A stretch of DNA of 64,000 bases from the NCBI GenBank assembly GCA_002869265.1, contig PKTH01000040.1, positions 5,120 to 69,119 of the forward strand, in the 5' to 3' direction. This document shows positions 47,051 to 57,083 of this stretch, piece by piece (within the stretch, counting starts at the first letter, position 1; the number at the start of each line of letters is the position of its first letter). Origin of the DNA: Candidatus Parcubacteria bacterium. Its GTDB lineage: Bacteria > Patescibacteriota > Patescibacteriia > Patescibacteriales > BM507. Under the pieces are notes generated by a model. That model was not told the origin of the DNA. It was given only the letters and a program-made list of their open reading frames with translations, and searched no databases. The position numbers and the translations under genes were made by a program.

Positions 47051-47461
47051 TTAATAAACCTCACAAATAACTTCACCGCCAACCTTATTCTTGTTTGCCT
47101 GCTTATTTGTCATAACACCTTGAGAAGTTGAAATTATTGCGATTCCCAAATTATTTAAAACTTTTGGAAGATTGTCTTTTGTAACATAAACTCTTAGGCC
47201 TGGCTTACTAACCCTTTTGATTCTGTTAATTACTGATTTTCCGCTTTTTTTGTATTTCAAAGATATCTTAAGTTCATCAAAATTTGATTTTGAGTTATCT
47301 TTTGAGGCTTTAACTGTCTCTACTTTCTGTATCCAACCTTCTTGTTCCAAAATTTTGGCAACCCGAAGCTTAAGCTTACTCATAGGCATGGTCACATCAG
47401 TTTTGTTTACAGCTGAAGCATTTCTTATTCTTGTTAACATGTCTCCAATAGGGTCTGTCAT
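47051..47461 (-). CDS. rpsH: 30S ribosomal protein S8
   Basis: TDPIGDMLTRIRNA, SKPGLRVY, GGEVIC. Confidence 0.97.
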   Translation of the reverse strand: MTDPIGDMLTRIRNASAVNKTDVTMPMSKLKLRVAKILEQEGWIQKVETVKASKDNSKSNFDELKISLKYKKSGKSVINRIKRVSKPGLRVYVTKDNLPKVLNNLGIAIISTSQGVMTNKQANKNKVGGEVICEVY

Positions 47462-47509
47462 ATTTTTATATAAATTACTTATTTATTATATTGAAAATCT
47501 TAATAAAGA

Positions 47510-47695
47510 TTACCAAGAAGATCTTGTTACTCCTGGTAAATCACCATTTTCTGCCAATTCACGAAAACAGATTCTACATAAGTTAAAGTCTCTCATGTAA
47601 GAATGGTTTCTTCCGCACTTCCAGCATCTTCTAACAATTCTTGTTGAAAACTTTGGAGTCTTTTTTGATTTTGCAATTAAAGCTTTTCTAGCCAT
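47510..47695 (-). CDS. rpsZ: 30S ribosomal protein S14 type Z (zinc-binding)
   Basis: RCWKCGR...LCRICFRE...LPGVTRSSW. Confidence 0.96.
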   Translation of the reverse strand: MARKALIAKSKKTPKFSTRIVRRCWKCGRNHSYMRDFNLCRICFRELAENGDLPGVTRSSW

Positions 47696-47711
47696 ACTTA
47701 TTTTATTAAAA

Positions 47712-48257
47712 TTATTTATTATCTTTCACAAAGGGGAATCCCAAAAGTGTGAATAATTCTAGCCCCTCATCTCTTGTTTTAGCACTTGTTGAGATACAAA
47801 CCTCTAACCCGTGTAGTTTTTCCAACTCTTCTACCCTCACCTCTGGAAATGCTGAATTCTCTTTAAAACCGATAGTTATATTCCCTGTTCTATCAATCCC
47901 TTTATTGGTAATACCTCTAAAGTCTCTAACTCTTGGGAAAGTAACATTTATTAATTTATCTAAAAAATCATACATCTTTTCACCTCTTAGTGTAACCTTC
48001 GCTCCAATGGTCATTCCTTCTCTAACCTTAAATGATGAAACTGACATTCTAGCCTTGGTCAAAACTGGTTTCTGTCCTGAAATCAATGATAGAGTGTTCT
48101 CTACATTTTTTATATAATCTTTTTCTTTTGAGTGTCTACCGAAGCCAACATTTAAAACAACCTTCTGAAGTTTTGGTGCTTCTAGGTTATTTTTATATTG
48201 AAATTTTTCAACCAATTTTGGTAAAACTTCTTTTGTGTATAATTCTTTCATTCTCAT
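47712..48257 (-). CDS. rplE: 50S ribosomal protein L5
   Basis: [26 protein letters not shown]; exact start uncertain (48257 or 48272). Confidence 0.95.
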   Translation of the reverse strand: MRMKELYTKEVLPKLVEKFQYKNNLEAPKLQKVVLNVGFGRHSKEKDYIKNVENTLSLISGQKPVLTKARMSVSSFKVREGMTIGAKVTLRGEKMYDFLDKLINVTFPRVRDFRGITNKGIDRTGNITIGFKENSAFPEVRVEELEKLHGLEVCISTSAKTRDEGLELFTLLGFPFVKDNK

Positions 48258-48319
48258 ATTTTCATTTGACATTACCTATAAGATTTTCCCTATAGGGACT
48301 TGCCTTTAAATTTTTCAAA

Positions 48320-48652
48320 TTAACTTAATGCTTGATCGCATTTTTTACAATATCTCACTTTATTTTTTACTTTTTTCCCTTCCTTCTCAAGCTCAATGTA
48401 CTTATACGCAACCCTAGCTGGTTTATTACATTTTGGACAAACCAACATTAGATTAGAAATATTCATTGGTGCTGGGAATTCTATTCTTTGTCCTTGTTCT
48501 CCTTGTCTTCTTGGTCTTAGATGCTTAATCAAAAGATTTATTCCTTCAATGCTTGCTCTTTGCTTTTGTGGAAATACCTGTAAAACCTTACCTGTTTTCC
48601 CTTTATCTTTCCCGGCTAAGACTTTTACTTTATCACCTTTAATTATTTTCAT
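48320..48652 (-). CDS. rplX: 50S ribosomal protein L24
   Basis: KGDKVKVLAGKDKGKTG (KOW); CPKC and CKKC. Confidence 0.96.
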   Translation of the reverse strand: MKIIKGDKVKVLAGKDKGKTGKVLQVFPQKQRASIEGINLLIKHLRPRRQGEQGQRIEFPAPMNISNLMLVCPKCNKPARVAYKYIELEKEGKKVKNKVRYCKKCDQALS

Positions 48653-48674
48653 ATTATTAAAAATTTATTTATTC

Positions 48675-49046
48675 TTACAAAACCTCAGGAGCAAGTGAAG
48701 CGATTTTAAAATAACCTGCTCTTCTTACCTCACGAGCGATTGGACCAAAGATTCTAGTTGCTTTTGGCTCCTTCTTTTCTTTATCAATAATAACGCAAGC
48801 GTTATCATCAAATCTCAAATATGTACCATCTACTCTTCTGATTTCTTTTTTTGTTCTTACGATAACTGCTTTTACCACATCTCCTTTTTTAATAGCAGTA
48901 TGAGGAGTTGCTGCCTTTACGGCGCAAGTAACAACTTCTCCAACACGAGCATATCTTTTTTTATACCCACCATGCACTCTGATAACTAACACTTCTTTTG
49001 CGCCAGAATTATCAGCTACTTTAATTCTTGATTCTACTTGTATCAT
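48675..49046 (-). CDS. rplN: 50S ribosomal protein L14
   Basis: [30 protein letters not shown]. Confidence 0.97.
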   Translation of the reverse strand: MIQVESRIKVADNSGAKEVLVIRVHGGYKKRYARVGEVVTCAVKAATPHTAIKKGDVVKAVIVRTKKEIRRVDGTYLRFDDNACVIIDKEKKEPKATRIFGPIAREVRRAGYFKIASLAPEVL

Positions 49047-49091
49047 ATATTTTAATTACAATTGAATTTAACGATTACTAAATTCTAAAAA

Positions 49092-49349
49092 CTAATTACT
49101 AATTACTCTCCATTTTTTATCCTTACTCAAAGGTCTGCATTCGACAAAAGACACTTTATCATCAACCTTATATTGGTTCTTTTCATCATGGACTTTGTAT
49201 TTTTTTGATGAAGTGTATCTTTTTTTGTATTTTGGATGGATCTTTACGCTATCTACCTTAACCACAATAGTTTTGTCCTGCAAATCGCTTACAACGACTC
49301 CATCAAATTTTTTCTTTATAGCTTTTTTTTCAACTTGCTTGTTAGTCAT
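49092..49349 (-). CDS. rpsQ: 30S ribosomal protein S17
   Basis: GVVVSD..DKTIVV, HPKYKK, ECRPLSKDKKW. Confidence 0.96.
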   Translation of the reverse strand: MTNKQVEKKAIKKKFDGVVVSDLQDKTIVVKVDSVKIHPKYKKRYTSSKKYKVHDEKNQYKVDDKVSFVECRPLSKDKKWRVISN

Positions 49350-49374
49350 AAATTTATTCTTTAACTTGAATTTA

Positions 49375-49608
49375 TTATTTTTTCTCTTCCTTAGTTTCTT
49401 CCTTAACCTCTGGAGTTGAAGAGTTTTTCTTCAAGTTAAGCAATGTTAATATTCTTGCCACGGTTTTTTTACCTTCTCTAATCTCTCTAATATTTTTCAA
49501 TTGCTTATTAGCATCTTTAAACCTTAAATCTCTTAGTTTATCTCTAGTTTCAGCAAGGATTTGGTGTAAATCACCTTCCTTTTTTTTCTTTAAATCTTTT
49601 GTTTCCAT
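49375..49608 (-). CDS. rpmC: 50S ribosomal protein L29
   Basis: LRDLRF...KNIREIR...VARILT; expected position in the cluster. Confidence 0.92.
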   Translation of the reverse strand: METKDLKKKKEGDLHQILAETRDKLRDLRFKDANKQLKNIREIREGKKTVARILTLLNLKKNSSTPEVKEETKEEKK

Positions 49609-49618
49609 ATATTTTTCT

Positions 49619-50026
49619 TTATTCTTTAGAAATAAACTTGCATTTTACTGGAAGTTTATAGGCTGCTAGTTCCATAGCTTCTTTAGCCATTGTTTTATCT
49701 ACACCATCCATTTCAAATAGAATTGTTCCTGGTTTTACAACTGCCACATAGTGATCAACAGCACCCTTCCCTTTACCCATAGGAATCTCGCCACCTTTTA
49801 CAGTTCTTGGGATATGAGGGAAAACTCTGATCCAGATCTTTCCGCCTCTTTTTGTAAATCTAGTCATAACCCTTCTGGCTGCCTCAATTTGTCTAGCTGT
49901 CAACCAATGAGCGCCTTGAGATTGAAGACCAAAACTACCAAAACTGACATTTGTTTTTCTTGTTGCGTTTCCACCTCTTTTTGGGGCGTGTGACTTTCTA
50001 TATTTAGTTTTTTTTGGCATCAACAT
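49619..50026 (-). CDS. rplP: 50S ribosomal protein L16
   Basis: MPKKTKYRK, QIEAARR, GGKIWIRVFP, MGKGKG. Confidence 0.97.
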   Translation of the reverse strand: MLMPKKTKYRKSHAPKRGGNATRKTNVSFGSFGLQSQGAHWLTARQIEAARRVMTRFTKRGGKIWIRVFPHIPRTVKGGEIPMGKGKGAVDHYVAVVKPGTILFEMDGVDKTMAKEAMELAAYKLPVKCKFISKE

Positions 50027-50052
50027 ATATTATCTCTATGTTACTTAATAAT

Positions 50053-50745
50053 TTATTTTCTCTTTTTTCCAAGAACCTCACCCTTTGCCTCTTCTTTGTT
50101 TTTTTCAAAAACGGTTCCTTTGTAAATCCAAACTTTTATTCCAATTGCTCCAAAAGTAGTATTGGCAACCCCTCTAGAATAATCAATATCTGCTCTTAGG
50201 GTATGAAGAGGAACTTTTCCTGATGAAAGCTTTTCTGCTCTTGCAATTTCAGCTCCGTTCAATCTTCCTGCAACCTCTACTTTAACTCCAAGTGCTCCTG
50301 CTCTCTCCACTCTATTGATTGCCTGTTTCATAACTCTTCTAAAAGGCATTCTCTTCTCGATCTCTAGGGCCATTTGTTGTAATACAATCTGAGATGAAAG
50401 ACTTGGTCTATCTACTTCGAAAATGTTTAGGTTAATATCTCCTGGTCTAAAATTCTTTAAAAATTTAGAATGGATTTTTTTCTTTAAATCTTCAGCTCCT
50501 GTTCCACCTCTTCCGATTATTACACCCGGCTTAGCAGTGTGAATAGAAACATTTACTTTCTTTGCATTTCTTTCAACCTCTACCCTATCAACTCCAGCTT
50601 CTCTCAATTCCTTTACCAAATATCTCTTTACTTTAATATCCTGCTCAAGATCTCGAGCATAAGCTTGTCCGGTATTAAACCATTTTGAAGTCCAAGCTTT
50701 TGTAATTGATATTCTAAATATTTTTGGATTTATTTTTTTACCCAT
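50053..50745 (-). CDS. rpsC: 30S ribosomal protein S3
   Basis: KPGVIIGRGG, GRLNGAEIAR, VPLHTLRADID, GIKVWIYKG. Confidence 0.97.
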   Translation of the reverse strand: MGKKINPKIFRISITKAWTSKWFNTGQAYARDLEQDIKVKRYLVKELREAGVDRVEVERNAKKVNVSIHTAKPGVIIGRGGTGAEDLKKKIHSKFLKNFRPGDINLNIFEVDRPSLSSQIVLQQMALEIEKRMPFRRVMKQAINRVERAGALGVKVEVAGRLNGAEIARAEKLSSGKVPLHTLRADIDYSRGVANTTFGAIGIKVWIYKGTVFEKNKEEAKGEVLGKKRK

Positions 50746-50772
50746 ATTTATTATTAAAATTATATTTATTAT

Positions 50773-51363
50773 TTATCCACTTTTTCTTCTGAATACTTTT
50801 CCAGCAAACCCCTTAGATGAGCCACCTTCAATTTTAGCATTTTTACCATGTCCTTCTCCTCTTGGATCAACTATTTTTTCTGCTGCAAGGTCTTCAGTTT
50901 TCTTAGTTGGGCTTTCTTCTTTCTTCTTAGCTGCTGTTGGCTTCTTTTCTTCTTTTGCTTCCTTCGGTTGCTCTCCTAGTTTAATAGGTGCTTCAATCTT
51001 TTGTTTTTTAGCTTCTTTTTTACCACTATCTTTAAGTTCTCCAAGAACCAGGCTAATATGACTTGTTCTTTTTCTAATCGGAGTAGCTCTTCCGTGAGCT
51101 CTAGGCATCCATCTTTTTAGTGTTGCTCCTTCGTTAACAGTGATTTCTTTTACAAAAAGATTATCTTTTGAAAGCTCATAGGTGTTTTCAGCATTTGCGA
51201 TTGCAGAATTTATTAATTTAATAACAGGTTTAGTTACTCTCTTATTAACAAATTGCAATTGGTCAAGCGCTTTTTCAACCTGCATTCCACGAACAATGTC
51301 TACAACCAATCTGGCCTTTCTTGCTGAGGTTCTCAAGTTTTTAACGTTTGCTTTTATTTCCAT
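50773..51363 (-). CDS. rplV: 50S ribosomal protein L22 with long C-terminal extension
   Basis: SAIANAEN, LKRWMPRAHGRA, KRTSHI. Confidence 0.96.
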   Translation of the reverse strand: MEIKANVKNLRTSARKARLVVDIVRGMQVEKALDQLQFVNKRVTKPVIKLINSAIANAENTYELSKDNLFVKEITVNEGATLKRWMPRAHGRATPIRKRTSHISLVLGELKDSGKKEAKKQKIEAPIKLGEQPKEAKEEKKPTAAKKKEESPTKKTEDLAAEKIVDPRGEGHGKNAKIEGGSSKGFAGKVFRRKSG

Positions 51364-51404
51364 ATATTTATATTAATCAATTTTCTAATTCTCTATATTC
51401 TCAA

Positions 51405-51680
51405 TTATTTTTGGGCTTTTGCCATTTTACCTCCATGACTAACAAATTTTCTAGTCGGAGCAAATTCACCCAGCTTATGTCCAACCATATTCTCTGTTAT
51501 ATAAACAGGAGCATGTGCCCTGCCGTTATGAACACCAAAAGTAAAACCAACCATTTCGGGTGTAATTGAACTAGCTCTATCCCAAACCTTGTGGACAGTC
51601 TTATCACCAGGTTGCATAGCTTCCACTTTTTTCTGTAATCTCTCGTTTACATATGGGCCCTTTTTTAAACTTCTTGACAT
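51405..51680 (-). CDS. rpsS: 30S ribosomal protein S19
   Basis: [24 protein letters not shown]. Confidence 0.97.
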   Translation of the reverse strand: MSRSLKKGPYVNERLQKKVEAMQPGDKTVHKVWDRASSITPEMVGFTFGVHNGRAHAPVYITENMVGHKLGEFAPTRKFVSHGGKMAKAQK

Positions 51681-51704
51681 ATATATTACTTATAATTAAT
51701 TTAA

Positions 51705-52547
51705 TTATTTTTTCTTTCTCTTTCTTCTTTGGATAATCAATTTATCTGAAGGTTTTGATTTTTTTCTAGTCTTTACCCCTAGAGCTGGTTTACCCCAAGG
51801 AGTTTTCGGATGTTTCATACCAATCGGTTGATTACCTTCACCACCACCATGTGGATGATCAACTGGGTTCATAGCAGAACCACGAACAGTTGGTCTAATT
51901 CCTAGATGTCTCTTTCTCCCTGCTGAACCTAGTTTAACATGTCTTTTATCAGCGTTTGAAACAGCCCCTATCGTACACATTGAACCTTTCTTAACAAGTC
52001 TAATTTCACCTGAAGGAAGCTTTAATTGAGCAAATTTTCCTTCTACTCCCATAACATAAAGTGCATTACCTGCTCCTCTTGCTAACTTTGCACCATGTCC
52101 TGGTTCAATCTCAACACAAGAGACTGCTACACCGGCTGGGATAAATTCAAGAGGCATCGCATTCCCTTCTTTGATAGTAATCTTTTTTGCTGAGCTTAAA
52201 ACTTCATCACCAACTTTAAGTTTAGCTGGCTTAATAATATATCTCTTCTCGCCATCCTTATAGTTCAATAGAGCAATTCTAGCACCTCTATTTGGATCAT
52301 ACTCGATGCTTGCAACAGTAGCCGGAATCTCTAGTTTATCTCTTTTTAAGTCAATAATTCTAATAGCTCTTTTAGCACCACCACCTCTGTGTCTAATAGT
52401 AATTTTACCTTGATTATTTCTTCCACCACTTCTTTTTTTAGCAACTACCAATCTTTTTTCTGGTGTTGTTTTTGTGATATCAGCAAAATCATCAAAACTC
52501 GCGTTTCGTCTTCCTGGTGTGGTTGGTTTTACTTTTTTAATACCCAT
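51705..52547 (-). CDS. rplB: 50S ribosomal protein L2
   Basis: [35 protein letters not shown]. Confidence 0.98.
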   Translation of the reverse strand: MGIKKVKPTTPGRRNASFDDFADITKTTPEKRLVVAKKRSGGRNNQGKITIRHRGGGAKRAIRIIDLKRDKLEIPATVASIEYDPNRGARIALLNYKDGEKRYIIKPAKLKVGDEVLSSAKKITIKEGNAMPLEFIPAGVAVSCVEIEPGHGAKLARGAGNALYVMGVEGKFAQLKLPSGEIRLVKKGSMCTIGAVSNADKRHVKLGSAGRKRHLGIRPTVRGSAMNPVDHPHGGGEGNQPIGMKHPKTPWGKPALGVKTRKKSKPSDKLIIQRRKRKKK

Positions 52548-52591
52548 ATTATTTAATTACCTTTTATTTCTAAATCTATTTTTAAAAAATT

Positions 52592-53023
52592 TTATACTCC
52601 CTCGTAAATGTTAATAGTTTTCCCTTTAGGAAGAGTGACTACTGCTTTTTTCCAGCTTTTTCTTTTTCCAAGATTTCTTCCATATCTAACCTTTTTGCCC
52701 TTCATATTTATAACATTTACAGCCTCGGGCTTGATGCCATAAATTTCTTCAATTGCCCTGGCTATGGAAATCTTATTTGAATCAACTGATACTTCAAATG
52801 TATATTTACCAATAACACCCTCAGTACTTGCTTTTTCAGTAATCAACGGTTTAACCAAAACCTTATAAGCTTCTCCAAATTTTCTGTCCTTATCAGCTTT
52901 TTTAGTTTCTTTTGCACCACCCTCATAAAGGTCTTTCATTGACTCTTTTTTGTTCGATGGCTTTGCTGCAGCTTTTTTGTCTTCCTTTTTATCTTGATCT
53001 GCTTTTTTATTAAATATACCCAT
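52592..53023 (-). CDS. rplW: 50S ribosomal protein L23 with N-terminal extension
   Basis: KPLITEKA, YTFEV, WKKAVVTL. Confidence 0.95.
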   Translation of the reverse strand: MGIFNKKADQDKKEDKKAAAKPSNKKESMKDLYEGGAKETKKADKDRKFGEAYKVLVKPLITEKASTEGVIGKYTFEVSVDSNKISIARAIEEIYGIKPEAVNVINMKGKKVRYGRNLGKRKSWKKAVVTLPKGKTINIYEGV

Positions 53024-53047
53024 ATATCAATTTATTCTTAAAAATAT

Positions 53048-53746
53048 TTATTTATATCTTTTTTCAATCTTTTCGATTGCACTAACTGTGATAATTAGCT
53101 TTTTATATCTCAATAAATCAACAATATTAATGTTGTCCAGGTTAATTAATTTTACTCCTGGCAAGTTTTTTGCTGAATATTTATCCTTTTCGTCATTTTT
53201 AGCATTAATCAACAAAACACTTCTCTTCGCTTTCTTTGCAACCTCTTTTTTCTTGTCATCTTTCTTCTCGGCTTTCTTTTTCTCATCTTTTAAAACCTTT
53301 TTTTCGAAAGTGGCAACAAGTTTATCAAATTCTTTAGTTTTAAAATTTTCTGATTCTATTTTTTCTAAAACTGCTAAATTGTTTTCTGATAATTTATCAG
53401 ACAAAGCCATAAGCAAAGCTGATTTTTTCATCTTTTGGTTAATGTTTTTAGAAAAATTTCTATTTTTTAGAGGACCAAAAGTTACACCACCACCAATCCA
53501 AATAGGACTTCTTGAAGAACCTACTCTTGCTCTACCTGTTCCTTTCTGTTTCCATGGTTTCTTACCACCACCACGAACATCAGCTCTTTGCTTGGTATGA
53601 GCTAAAACTTGTCTTTCGTTGGCCATCTGAGTAACAACTGCTTGATGAACCAAGCCTTCGTTTACTTTTAAACCGAAAATATCTTCAGGTAGATTTATAT
53701 CTCCAACTACTTCAGCTTTTTTATTGTAAATACTAGCTTTAAACAT
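53048..53746 (-). CDS. rplD: 50S ribosomal protein L4
   Basis: VRGGGKKPWKQKGTGRAR, GGGVTFGP. Confidence 0.97.
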   Translation of the reverse strand: MFKASIYNKKAEVVGDINLPEDIFGLKVNEGLVHQAVVTQMANERQVLAHTKQRADVRGGGKKPWKQKGTGRARVGSSRSPIWIGGGVTFGPLKNRNFSKNINQKMKKSALLMALSDKLSENNLAVLEKIESENFKTKEFDKLVATFEKKVLKDEKKKAEKKDDKKKEVAKKAKRSVLLINAKNDEKDKYSAKNLPGVKLINLDNINIVDLLRYKKLIITVSAIEKIEKRYK

Positions 53747-53769
53747 ATTATGTAAATTATTTTTTTATT

Positions 53770-53825
53770 GATTCACGTGTGAGTGAATTATCCCGCTAGC
53801 CTCGAAGAGGCGTTTAGGCGGGGAA
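53770..53825. repeat. GC-rich palindromic element between rplC and rplD
   Basis: CCCGC-TA-GCCTC-GAA-GAGGC-...-GCGGG next to ATTCAC...GTGAAT in an otherwise AT-rich spacer. Confidence 0.45.
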
Positions 53826-54647
53826 TTATTTATCCTCTTTCTTAGCTTCTTCCTTCTTTTCTTCCTTGGCTAGGGCCTCCTCTTTCTTGTCTTCAACTTT
53901 TTCTTCTTTAGCTTCCTTTTTTACTTCTTCCTTTTTTACTTCTGCTTTCTTTTCAACTGCTTTTTCTACAGTCTCTTCAATATTTTCTTCCTTTTTCTCT
54001 TTCTCTTCCTTTTTAACAGCCTCTAGAATCTTTAAATCTCCTTTAGCATTAATCAACACTAGAGAATTTCTAGCACCAGGGACTCCACCTTTTACAAAGA
54101 TTGTGTCATCTTCAATTTTTAAAATATCAGCATCTTTAATAGTTACTTGATCTCCTCCCATTCTGCCACCCATTCTTGTTCCTTTAAATACATGAGCTGG
54201 ACCAGTTGCTCCAATAGAACCTGGCATTCTTACTTGGTCTTTTGTTCCATGAGTTTTAATCTGACCTTTAAAGCCATGTCTTTTAACAACACCTTGAAAC
54301 CCTCTACCTTTTGAGACGCTAGTCATGTTAATAGATTCACCTGCTTCAAAGCTTGAAATGTCAAATCGGTCACCCTTTTTCAATAAAATCTCCTCATTGT
54401 TGTTTATTCTAAACTCTCTTAGATATCTAAAATTCTCGAGACCCTTCATGTGGCCTTTTTGAGGTTTTTTAATATTCTTTTCTTTTTTAAGATCGAAACC
54501 AACCTGAACAGCTTTATAACCATCAGTTTTTTCATCTTTTACTTGGACTACAGTACAAGGAGCTGTCTTAATTTTTGTAACAGCTACTACTTTTTCATCC
54601 TTCCATATTTGAGTCATTTCGACTTTTTTTCCTAAAATAAATTTCAT
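53826..54647 (-). CDS. rplC: 50S ribosomal protein L3 with K/E-rich C-terminal tail
   Basis: GKKVEMTQ, DGYKAVQVG, KGRGFQGVVKRHGF, RMGGRMGG; start moved to ATG 54647. Confidence 0.97.
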   Translation of the reverse strand: MKFILGKKVEMTQIWKDEKVVAVTKIKTAPCTVVQVKDEKTDGYKAVQVGFDLKKEKNIKKPQKGHMKGLENFRYLREFRINNNEEILLKKGDRFDISSFEAGESINMTSVSKGRGFQGVVKRHGFKGQIKTHGTKDQVRMPGSIGATGPAHVFKGTRMGGRMGGDQVTIKDADILKIEDDTIFVKGGVPGARNSLVLINAKGDLKILEAVKKEEKEKKEENIEETVEKAVEKKAEVKKEEVKKEAKEEKVEDKKEEALAKEEKKEEAKKEDK

Positions 54648-54915
54648 AATTTTTTCGTGGCAGCGCAAGTTTTAACTTGTTGCCTTTAATAAACAAAAAA
54701 CTGGCTCAATCAAAACCAGCTAAAATAACACAATATCTATCATCCTCCTAGAAAACAGAATTTATATTATATTTTATCGCTTTTTGTTTGATTTTTACCT
54801 CACTAAAACGTATTAATTATCACCTTAAGACTTTCTTTTTCCGTTTACGGAAAAAGAGTTTTTACGACAATATTTAATACTAAATATTTTCAAAAATTTA
54901 CTAATGTACAGTTTA

Positions 54916-55263
54916 CTACATTTTAATCTCCAAGTCAACCCCAGCTGGTAGGCTAAGACTAGTCAAATCTTCAATAGTCTTGGCTGATGGATCGATAATG
55001 TCAATCAATCTTTTATGAGTTCTCATCTCATACTGGTCACGAGCACTTTTGTGAACAAAAGTAGATCTCATAACTGTGTACTTTTTCTTCTCTGTCGGAA
55101 GCGGGATAGGACCAAAAATTTGGGCTCCACTTCGCTCTGCAGTTTCAATGATTTTCTTTGTAGACTGATCAATAATCTTGTGATCAAAAGCCTTAATTCT
55201 AATTCTGATTTTTTGTTTAAAATCTTCCTTTTCATTAGTTGCTTTTTTTACATCTTTTGGCAT
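54916..55263 (-). CDS. rpsJ: 30S ribosomal protein S10
   Basis: [30 protein letters not shown]. Confidence 0.97.
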   Translation of the reverse strand: MPKDVKKATNEKEDFKQKIRIRIKAFDHKIIDQSTKKIIETAERSGAQIFGPIPLPTEKKKYTVMRSTFVHKSARDQYEMRTHKRLIDIIDPSAKTIEDLTSLSLPAGVDLEIKM

Positions 55264-55312
55264 AAGCTTTTTTATATGCTTAATTTTTTACAATTACCTA
55301 AATAGGCATTAT

Positions 55313-55344
55313 AAAGCTCCTTAAAAACTTTAAGGAGCTTAAAA
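55313..55344. terminator. Terminator after tuf
   Basis: AAGCTCCTTAAA..TTTAAGGAGCTT. Confidence 0.7.
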
Positions 55345-55347
55345 TAT

Positions 55348-56535
55348 CTATTTTGTGATTTTTACTACGGCACCAGCACCAACAGTTCTACCACCCTCAC
55401 GAATAGCAAACCTTTGCTTTTCTTCTAGGGCTACAGGAGAGATAAGTTTAACATTAATGTTAACAGTATCACCAGGCATAACCATCTCTGTTCCTTCTGG
55501 TAATTCGATTTCACCAGTTACATCTGTTGTTCTGATATAAAATTGTGGTTTATAACCCTTAAAGAAAGGCTTATGTCTTCCACCTTCATCTTTAGATAAG
55601 ATATATACTTGTGCTTCAAATTCAGTGTGAGGAGTAACAGTTCCAGGAACTGCTAATACTTGTCCTCTTTCTACTTCGTCTTTCTTAGTACCTCTAAGCA
55701 AAATACCAGCATTGTCTCCAGCTTGACCTTCTTCAAGTTGCTTATTAAACATCTCGATTCCAGTAACTGTAGTTTTTGTAGTATCTTTTAGACCAACGAT
55801 TTCTACTTCAGTATTAATCTTTAGAACACCTCTTTCGATTCTACCAGTAACTACTGTTCCTCTACCCTCGATTGAGAACACATCCTCAATAGGCATTAGG
55901 AAAGTTTGGTCAACGTCTCTTACTGGTTCTGGAATGTAATCATCAATTGCATCCATTAGATCTAGAACTGGCTTTGCATCATCGCCACTTGGATTTTCTA
56001 GAGCCTTTAGAGCTGAACCTCTGATAATTGGAGTATCATCTCCAGGGAATTCGTATTTATTTAATAGATCTTTTACTTCTTCTTCAACTAGGTCGATAAG
56101 TTCTTTGTCCTCAACCATATCACATTTGTTTAAGAAAACAGTGATATAAGGGACACCAACTTGTCTTGCTAAAAGGATATGCTCTCTAGTTTGAGGCATA
56201 GGACCGTCAGTTGCAGCAACTACTAAGATAGCACCGTCCATTTGAGCAGCACCAGTAATCATGTTCTTTACGTAGTCAGCGTGACCAGGACAGTCAACGT
56301 GAGCGTAGTGACGTTTGTCGGTTTGGTATTCTACGTGAGCTGTAGCAATAGTAATACCTCTTTCTTTTTCTTCTGGAGCAGCATCAATTTGACTTACGTC
56401 TTTGTTTGAAGCTGATTTACCAGCAGCACCTAATACAGCTAGAATTGCAGCTGTTAGTGTTGTTTTACCATGGTCAACATGTCCAATAGTACCGATGTTG
56501 ACGTGTGGTAGTGATCTGTCGAAAATTTCCGCCAT
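55348..56535 (-). CDS. tuf: Elongation factor Tu
   Basis: [36 protein letters not shown]; start moved to ATG 56535. Confidence 0.98.
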   Translation of the reverse strand: MAEIFDRSLPHVNIGTIGHVDHGKTTLTAAILAVLGAAGKSASNKDVSQIDAAPEEKERGITIATAHVEYQTDKRHYAHVDCPGHADYVKNMITGAAQMDGAILVVAATDGPMPQTREHILLARQVGVPYITVFLNKCDMVEDKELIDLVEEEVKDLLNKYEFPGDDTPIIRGSALKALENPSGDDAKPVLDLMDAIDDYIPEPVRDVDQTFLMPIEDVFSIEGRGTVVTGRIERGVLKINTEVEIVGLKDTTKTTVTGIEMFNKQLEEGQAGDNAGILLRGTKKDEVERGQVLAVPGTVTPHTEFEAQVYILSKDEGGRHKPFFKGYKPQFYIRTTDVTGEIELPEGTEMVMPGDTVNINVKLISPVALEEKQRFAIREGGRTVGAGAVVKITK

Positions 56536-56646
56536 GTTAATGTTTCCTACGGCCCCAATCAATTATTTGAATGAGTTTTTTGCTCCACCCGAATTAAGGC
56601 TGAGCAACCAGCCGAAACTTATTATTTAATTAATTAAATTATATTA

Positions 56647-57042
56647 TTAATAATTTATTTCTTCTAAATACTGCCTATCTTCTTCAATAATCTCCTCATC
56701 ATCGTCAGATTCTGTATTTTCGCCTTCATCTGAAGCAGTTTTCTTTCTTTCTTCTGGAATATTCCAGCTTCTTTTGGGTTTTTCTTCTGTTTTTTTCTCC
56801 TCTTCTACCTCTGTTTCTGGGCTATTATCATCATTTTTCCACAAAGCAATATCGCGATTTATTTTATCAATCATCTGATCTTCTGTCAAGCCTCTCAAAT
56901 CGCTATTATTATCACTTATTTTCTCATATTCGTCCAAGCTCATGATAGCGTAGGCATTCTCTGGTTCGTTGGAGTCAAAAACAACAATTCTGTCTCCTGT
57001 TTTCTTTACTAGCTTTATGATTCTATCAAATTTTGAATTCAT
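56647..57042 (-). CDS. Hypothetical protein between fusA and tuf; N-terminus resembles the Phd/YefM fold; acidic tail
   Basis: LVKKTGDRIVVFD...AYAIMSLDEYE; LTEDQMIDKINRDIALWK. Confidence 0.7.
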   Translation of the reverse strand: MNSKFDRIIKLVKKTGDRIVVFDSNEPENAYAIMSLDEYEKISDNNSDLRGLTEDQMIDKINRDIALWKNDDNSPETEVEEEKKTEEKPKRSWNIPEERKKTASDEGENTESDDDEEIIEEDRQYLEEINY

Positions 57043-57083
57043 ATAAATTATATTTAATGATAAAACCTCCTTTTATAATAATT

